Shown here piece after piece: positions 34,364-39,370 of a stretch of DNA of 39,370 bases. The notes beneath the pieces are model-generated. The model was not told the DNA's origin and did not search any database. It saw only the letters and a list, made by a program, of their open reading frames with translations. The DNA comes from Lachnospiraceae bacterium (GTDB lineage Bacteria; Bacillota; Clostridia; Lachnospirales; Lachnospiraceae). Each line of letters starts with the position of its first letter. Position 1 is the stretch's first letter. Location: contig JAGCXZ010000166.1 of assembly GCA_017961065.1 (NCBI GenBank), positions 1 to 39,370 on the forward strand, in the 5' to 3' direction. The position numbers and the translations under genes were made by a program.

Positions 34364-36553
34364 CTAGATTATGCTCATCTCCATGAGTTTTTCTATAAAA
34401 CGCTCATAGAAGGCTCTCTCTTTCTCCCTCGCCGCAAGTACTTTCGAACCCCTTGTTGTATCAGGCTCGAGAGGATGGTCAAGAGCATAAATAGCGTCCT
34501 GCGCCGCCTGGATGGCCGAGTTTACCGTACTCCCCAGAACATCATCAGGATCATATCCGTTATACTGGCGGATAAATCGCTGTATCATAAACTGTGGGAT
34601 ATGATCGAGTGTTCCGGAAGCCGATAATCCCTGTCCGTCCATGCCAATTTCATCTGCAGCATCCAACCAGGCATTTTTTACGTTCTCCGAAGCATTCTTT
34701 CCAATACCCAGAAATGCCTGTTCTCTCATTGCACGGACCTTATCCCTGGAATCTGTGGATGTTTTATCTCCTGTACTGTTTATGCCCAGAGCTCTCTGGT
34801 TTGCTTCTATTTGGGCATTCCAGTTATCCCACATTTCCTGCTCCGTAAATACCCTGCCGATAAAATGAGTGTTATTGATATATTCTGCAAAAGGCTCGGT
34901 CAAGAGATCTCCCAGATTCTTGCCCTCCTGTAACCCCTTCTCAACATTTATCTTTCCGTTATCGGTGGAATCGAAATATGCACGGAATCCGTCAATATCA
35001 AAATCATCCTTCATGAAATCCTTCCAGAACTTCTCCTGTGGAGCGAACGTTAGATTCTGATCCTTGGAAAAACTATTTAGAAACTTCTGAACCTTTTCAT
35101 AACTGTCCGGGGAATCATAAGTTAGACTCCATAAATCCCTCTGCGATATCTTTCCCCCTTCATCTTTTATTTCCTTACAGGAAATCCCCTTATCAGTATA
35201 GGCTGTGATATATCTGGTATTCACCGGAACAATCTCACCGGTATCAGGATTCGTGTACTGATTGTGTTTTGAAACAATTGTTTCGGATATCGGATCGGTT
35301 GTGTTGTCAGAATCGACATATCCGTTTTTCAAAGCGCTGATCTTTTCCCTGGTCTCAACATCATTGAGATCCGCAAACAAGAGCGAGAATGCTTCTTCAG
35401 AGAATCCGCTTCCCCTCATTGCCCTGTCGAAAAAAGAGTTTATGGCGTCAAATATCTTATTCGCAAGACTTGCAAGAGAAGGCGCCGAATCACTGTACTC
35501 TTCAGCATACTGGCCTAACAAGCTGACACGATCTCCTCTGTCAAATATCCCGTCGAAATAGCTTGTATCCGTAAAATAGCTACTTGCTATCAGATCAGCA
35601 GTTTCATCCGTCTGCCTGATATACATGCACATTGCCACAAACTCAGGGTAATCCATATCCTTCGGATCCAGCTCATACGGATCAAATACTCTTTCGAACG
35701 CCTCGCCGTTTTCATCAATGCCTGTTATCGTATATGTTTTATCCTTGCCGTCAGAATTGATGATTATATTGAATGACTGCTCCGTTTCCCTGTAAGAATA
35801 GATCACTTCTCCATTGGAATTCTGCTGTACATAAGACTCCTTGGTCTTGATATTGGCTGTAATGAACCTGGTGTATGCAGCCGGATCTCCATATCCTTTG
35901 CTGGCAATCGGAATACATGTGGCATCCATGTCACTTGACACCTCACTTTTCCTAGATACTTCTGTGATCATGTTCGTGCCATTATCAAGCCTTGTTTCTG
36001 CCCAACGTTCAAGTCCGGCAACAATGTTCTCACAGTTAAGTCCTTGATCATATGCCTGCGGAATGCCTAAAAATGTCTCTTTTGCATTTTGCAGTATCGC
36101 GGTCCAGTCTCTGTTCTTTGTCCATGCCATATCAGGATCGGAAAGATTACTGCAAAATCCATTATATTCCGCCTGTGCCCCATACGCTGTCATTTTTCCG
36201 AACGATTTAATGCCGGTATTATCGATAAGCCCCTTATCATCCATATAACTCATCAGTGCGAACATCTCCACTTTTGTAGCATTATGCGGATCAACATCAT
36301 TTACTCTAACCTCATAATCTCCGACTTTGATGATAGGATCTTCTTCTGTTGATGAGTCCGCATATTGGGCAATATACCCTATGTTACCAATCGTCATAAC
36401 TCCGATATTTTTACCTTGGTCAGATGAAGCGGTCCGTGAAGTAGCACTCCCCATAAATTCTTGCCCGATAGAGTCCTCTCCACGATTTGATTTCGAGCCA
36501 AAGCTTCCATACTGGTACGTTTGATTAAAACTTGTTTGTACTGCAAATGACAT
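34364..36553 (-). CDS. 729-aa protein of unknown function; no signal peptide, TM helix or recognisable catalytic motif
   Basis: AGGAGG plus an 8-nt spacer before ATG at 36553 (MSFAVQTSFNQ...). The upstream in-frame extension of the 772-aa ORF has no RBS and crosses the leader hairpin. Confidence 0.75.
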   Translation of the reverse strand: MSFAVQTSFNQTYQYGSFGSKSNRGEDSIGQEFMGSATSRTASSDQGKNIGVMTIGNIGYIAQYADSSTEEDPIIKVGDYEVRVNDVDPHNATKVEMFALMSYMDDKGLIDNTGIKSFGKMTAYGAQAEYNGFCSNLSDPDMAWTKNRDWTAILQNAKETFLGIPQAYDQGLNCENIVAGLERWAETRLDNGTNMITEVSRKSEVSSDMDATCIPIASKGYGDPAAYTRFITANIKTKESYVQQNSNGEVIYSYRETEQSFNIIINSDGKDKTYTITGIDENGEAFERVFDPYELDPKDMDYPEFVAMCMYIRQTDETADLIASSYFTDTSYFDGIFDRGDRVSLLGQYAEEYSDSAPSLASLANKIFDAINSFFDRAMRGSGFSEEAFSLLFADLNDVETREKISALKNGYVDSDNTTDPISETIVSKHNQYTNPDTGEIVPVNTRYITAYTDKGISCKEIKDEGGKISQRDLWSLTYDSPDSYEKVQKFLNSFSKDQNLTFAPQEKFWKDFMKDDFDIDGFRAYFDSTDNGKINVEKGLQEGKNLGDLLTEPFAEYINNTHFIGRVFTEQEMWDNWNAQIEANQRALGINSTGDKTSTDSRDKVRAMREQAFLGIGKNASENVKNAWLDAADEIGMDGQGLSASGTLDHIPQFMIQRFIRQYNGYDPDDVLGSTVNSAIQAAQDAIYALDHPLEPDTTRGSKVLAAREKERAFYERFIEKLMEMSII

Positions 36554-36573
36554 GTTTGAGCCCTCCTTTTGAG

Positions 36574-36631
36574 TAATAAAACAGCGCCTGATTTCAGTTT
36601 CACTCCATTGAAATCCGACGCTGTCCATAGC
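36574..36631 (-). promoter_or_regulatory. Conserved leader hairpin plus U-tract (attenuator-like), copy 1
   Basis: Minus-sense GCTATGGA-CAGCGTCGGATTTCA-ATGGAGTGAAAC-TGAAATCAGGCGCTG-TTTTATT. 15-bp stem with one mismatch and one G-U. About 75% identical to 38738..38794. Confidence 0.55.
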
Positions 36632-36680
36632 ATTTATTTTTCGGTTGTATGATTTGGTTATCGGTTCATTCCTAAGATTC

Positions 36681-36733
36681 ATTATACGTTCAGCATAAAC
36701 AGACCATAAAATATCATAAAACGACTATAAGAT
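36681..36733 (-). promoter_or_regulatory. LytTR-type paired direct repeats plus TATAAT: promoter of the 729-aa gene
   Basis: Minus-sense ATCTTATAGTCG-TTTTATGAT-ATTTTATGGTCT, then 14 nt, then TATAAT (plus-strand attata at 36681..36686). Repeat starts are 21 bp apart. The distal repeat overlaps the kinase stop codon. Confidence 0.6.
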
Positions 36734-38005
36734 GGTCACGGCAGTAAACTCTTTTTCATCACAGGAGATTGCAAAACTGCCTTCATACTTATCGATCACG
36801 CCTTGAACATTTGACAACCCGATCCCTTGTCCGTCCCTTGAACCGTTCTGCACCTGGTTATCTGTAATATCCACCTTTTGAACGACCGGATTCCTTACAG
36901 TAAAGATTATCCCGGAATCCTTCTCAACAAGTTTCACCTGTATAGATGCAGATCTCCCGCACGTCTTCACTTTTTTACATTCATGTATTGCGTTTTCAAG
37001 AAGATTTCCCATAACTATGACAATATCATCATCCGAAAGACGAATATTGCACATATCACTGATGGTAAAGACCATTCCTATATCTTCACTTTTGGCAATC
37101 CGATAAAACTGATTTAGAACAGCATTTACAACAGGATGTCCGGTGTTGACTTCCGACATTTCCACAGCGATGCTTTTCGTCAATTGTTCCGTGAACTCTA
37201 TAGCCGCCTCCACGTCTCCGTTTTTTAACAATTCCTCAACAGTAGCCAGTTGTTTTTTATAATCATGAAGTTTCCGGCCCTGCCGTTCATAAAGAGACTG
37301 CATATCGTGAAAAGCCCGAAGCTGATTCTGTTTGCTCTCTATCTGTACCTCAGATAAACGCAATTTTTCATCTTTAATCAACGAATCTTGCAATAGGAAC
37401 ATGGAAAAAATGTTTACCGCAAGCAACACAGCCGAAACTATTCCTTGAAAAATCCCAACGCCAGCCGGTGACACAAAAAACATATAAAAAAACATTCCCA
37501 CAATCATTGTAACAAGCGGTACCCATATGTACGATCTCAGCATCACATGTTCTTTTTTCAAGCATTCCTTAACTCGATGCAGCTTTTTTCGAAGAACAAA
37601 CTCTATACAAAATGCAATTAGGCAGGACAAACACGCCATTAGATTTAAAAAAGTCGGATTATTGCTTCGGCTAAGCTGAAGCGGCACACATACCAGAATC
37701 TGTGTAAGGATTTGTAAAAGTACTGCCGCACCGGAAAAGAATACGCTCATGATCCAATCAGATCTGTAACAGATCCTGACAAAAAGCATATGTATTGCAA
37801 TATATGTTATCAGTTTTATCGAATAATATTCATTTGGTATCTTTTCAAACAGCGCAGAATTTCCGCCTACAGAAAGCGCAAGCAGAATAAACGAAATCAG
37901 TTTTTGAATCTTCCCCCATTTAAAAAAAATAAAGGAATCATAATAATAGATGCACAGTGCTGTTTCAAATACACAAGTGCTTATAAATACCAACCATGCA
38001 GTCAT
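36725..38005 (-). CDS. AgrC/ComD-like (HPK10) membrane histidine kinase with a GHKL ATPase domain
   Basis: About six N-terminal TM helices, a coiled linker, then GNLLENAIHE ... DGQGIGLSNV (HATPase_c_5-like). 4-nt overlap with the LytTR regulator gene. Confidence 0.85.
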   Translation of the reverse strand: MTAWLVFISTCVFETALCIYYYDSFIFFKWGKIQKLISFILLALSVGGNSALFEKIPNEYYSIKLITYIAIHMLFVRICYRSDWIMSVFFSGAAVLLQILTQILVCVPLQLSRSNNPTFLNLMACLSCLIAFCIEFVLRKKLHRVKECLKKEHVMLRSYIWVPLVTMIVGMFFYMFFVSPAGVGIFQGIVSAVLLAVNIFSMFLLQDSLIKDEKLRLSEVQIESKQNQLRAFHDMQSLYERQGRKLHDYKKQLATVEELLKNGDVEAAIEFTEQLTKSIAVEMSEVNTGHPVVNAVLNQFYRIAKSEDIGMVFTISDMCNIRLSDDDIVIVMGNLLENAIHECKKVKTCGRSASIQVKLVEKDSGIIFTVRNPVVQKVDITDNQVQNGSRDGQGIGLSNVQGVIDKYEGSFAISCDEKEFTAVTIL

Positions 38006-38712
38006 AGTTTTTTCCCCTCATACAGTGTATACTCCTGTTTAACCTGCTTATATCTGGCTTTTGGTACCGATATCTGTCTATCATTATCAAGCGTCAGGAT
38101 ATAACTGTTGATATTTCTGATATGCTCCATATTCACAAGAAAGCTTTTATGTGTCCTCAAAAAGCCCTGCGCCTTGAGCCGTTCCTCAAGTTCTTCCAGT
38201 TTTTCATAGATCTGGTATGTCCGATCCTTCAGTTGAATCAAACACTTATGCCCTTCTGTTTCAATCAAGATGATCTCTGATGTCTTCAACCGAATATTTC
38301 CTTCAACGCAGTCAAAGCAAATCGTCTTGGATCTTCTTTGCAGTTCATTGCAGATATCATCCATACATTCTGAAAATGTACGATAAAGGTCATCCTTGAT
38401 CAGAAAGCGACTCGCTCGCACCTTGTATCCGTCCAATGCAAAGCTCATAAACGATGTCACAAGAATGATCGGAACATCTTCAAGTCTCTCCCGGATTCTT
38501 TTGGCTACTGTCAGACCATCCATCGCGTCCATATTGATATCCAAAAAAATGATATCCACAGTTTTCCCTTTGCGGATGGCATCAAGCATTTCGACACCTG
38601 ATCGATATCCTGATACCGCAAATTCCATATGATTTTTCCTAGCATATTCGTCAATAAGCGTTTTCAGCCTTGCAATGTCCTCTAAATCATCGTCACAAAT
38701 AAAAACCTTCAT
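38002..38712 (-). CDS. LytTR-family response regulator (AgrA/ComE-like)
   Basis: Receiver MKVFICDDD...IIFLDINMDAMDG. C-terminal LytTR domain (IILIETEGHKCLIQL...FLRTHKSFLVNMEHI). Confidence 0.9.
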   Translation of the reverse strand: MKVFICDDDLEDIARLKTLIDEYARKNHMEFAVSGYRSGVEMLDAIRKGKTVDIIFLDINMDAMDGLTVAKRIRERLEDVPIILVTSFMSFALDGYKVRASRFLIKDDLYRTFSECMDDICNELQRRSKTICFDCVEGNIRLKTSEIILIETEGHKCLIQLKDRTYQIYEKLEELEERLKAQGFLRTHKSFLVNMEHIRNINSYILTLDNDRQISVPKARYKQVKQEYTLYEGKKL

Positions 38713-38737
38713 AATCTCCCCGCTTTCATTTTTCTGG

Positions 38738-38794
38738 AAAAATAAACAGCGCCGGTCTCAATGCTCAATCCATTGATCTGGCGCCATCCATAGC
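38738..38794 (-). promoter_or_regulatory. Conserved leader hairpin plus U-tract (attenuator-like), copy 2
   Basis: Minus-sense GCTATGGATGGCGCCAGATCAATGGATTGAGCATTGAGACCGGCGCTGTTTATTTTT. Stems GGCGC/GCGCC and TCAATG/CATTGA. It sits between the repeats and the regulator RBS. Confidence 0.5.
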
Positions 38795-38843
38795 TTCTGA
38801 ACCATATATAATCTATTTATTCTATCGTCTCAAGATTTCCTGA

Positions 38844-38898
38844 AATAAACCCCTATTGCGTGAATCGACTATAATATGACATAAAACGACCATAATAT
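38844..38898 (-). promoter_or_regulatory. LytTR-type paired direct repeats upstream of the LytTR/kinase operon (autoregulation)
   Basis: Minus-sense ATATTATGGTCG-TTTTATGTC-ATATTATAGTCG, starts 21 bp apart (plus-strand 38866..38877 and 38887..38898). A weak -10 candidate TTTATT lies 16 nt downstream. Confidence 0.55.
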
Positions 38899-38979
38899 AC
38901 GAATCGGGCCACAAAAACGTGACCCGAAAGGATGTATATTGAATGGTAGTACCATACAATACCTGTTAAGATTTCTCTT

Positions 38980-39366
38980 CTACGAAATCACGGCGTGCTG
39001 CCGTCTGTATGTGTCATTATCTTTCTGAACGAGTTCCATTTCTACCTGACGGAGTTCAACCGCTATTTCTTTCTTTTTTTGCTCATTTGCCATGTTCATT
39101 TCCTGCTCCAAACGAGCTTTCTTTTCTTTCAGTTCCCTTATCTCACGATCAACCCGGTCCGTGTTCATTGTAGTCGATTCGCTCTTCTTAGAATCCTCAG
39201 AAACCTTTTTCCCTGATTCAGAAAGTGACGCAACATATGATTTTGCTGAATTCTGCATTTCCTCAGCAAAGCCCTCAGGGATCTTCTCCGGTTCATAATA
39301 CCTGATGTCGCCTCTTCCCATCTCCAGTTTGATATCCTGAAGCCTATTTACGGCCTTGGCAACCAT
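38980..39366 (-). CDS. Charged coiled-coil protein (FlxA-like?); the true start may lie beyond the right window edge
   Basis: ORF rich in E/K/Q heptad-like sequence (REIRELKEKKARLEQEMNMANEQKKKEIAVELRQVEMEL). The first Met is only 4 nt from the window end. Confidence 0.45.
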   Translation of the reverse strand: MVAKAVNRLQDIKLEMGRGDIRYYEPEKIPEGFAEEMQNSAKSYVASLSESGKKVSEDSKKSESTTMNTDRVDREIRELKEKKARLEQEMNMANEQKKKEIAVELRQVEMELVQKDNDTYRRQHAVIS

Positions 39367-39370
39367 CTCG

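Noticed and set aside
36394-36633. 79-aa ORF (MLWTASDFNGVKLKSG...) and a 15-codon ORF in the other leader (MVQKLWMAPDQWIEH, about 38758..38805) as possible leader or autoinducer peptides
   Set aside because: Neither has an RBS. The similarity between the two leaders is at the nucleotide level, with an indel that breaks the reading frame (ATCAATGGA versus ATTTCAATGGA). The 79-aa ORF runs out of frame into the 729-aa gene.
36554-36682. N-terminal extension of the 772-aa ORF (start at 36682 or at MDSVGFQW)
   Set aside because: The upstream ATGs lack ribosome-binding sites, and the extension would be translated through the leader hairpin and the promoter. ATG at 36553 has AGGAGG at ideal spacing.

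Overview
This 39.4-kb chromosomal window looks like a Clostridia/Lachnospiraceae-type Firmicute. That is an inference from the protein families, lipoboxes, GGAGG-type ribosome-binding sites and tightly coupled operons. I recognised no rRNA, tRNA, CRISPR array, transposase or integrase.

The left ~30 kb is GC-richer and looks like ordinary chromosome. In order it contains:
- a minus-strand array: a catalytic-domain-only E2-like acyltransferase, an acyl-CoA ligase, a 1541-aa secreted GH73/Big_2 wall protein and a secreted C1 cysteine peptidase (runs off the left edge);
- a tocopherol-cyclase-like gene;
- a minus-strand block of orf131, XdhC-like, solute-binding protein, YesM-like kinase and YesN-like regulator, then a terminator, then a three-gene ABC importer whose ATPase carries a ~120-aa insertion;
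- a GGDEF protein;
- a Fur-family (Zur-like) regulator with a ZnuABC-type metal importer and a Cys-rich lipoprotein;
- a GNAT acetyltransferase;
- three membrane-anchored proteins (zinc-ribbon, discoidin-like, GYF_2).

From ~29.85 kb the sequence turns visibly AT-rich and accessory.
- There are three small cassettes: Phd/PIN, an unknown ORF plus an orphan VbhA-like gene, and MNT/HEPN.
- The cassettes are separated by two copies of a ~210-bp structured element that shows a compensatory stem change.
- Next comes an orphan AgrA/AgrC-like LytTR two-component pair. Its own promoter and the promoter of a downstream 729-aa/437-aa gene pair carry the same module: paired direct repeats at 21-bp spacing, followed by a conserved leader hairpin.

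My best candidate for an undescribed system is that LytTR-wired module, followed by the repeated structured element in the toxin-antitoxin (TA) cassette array.
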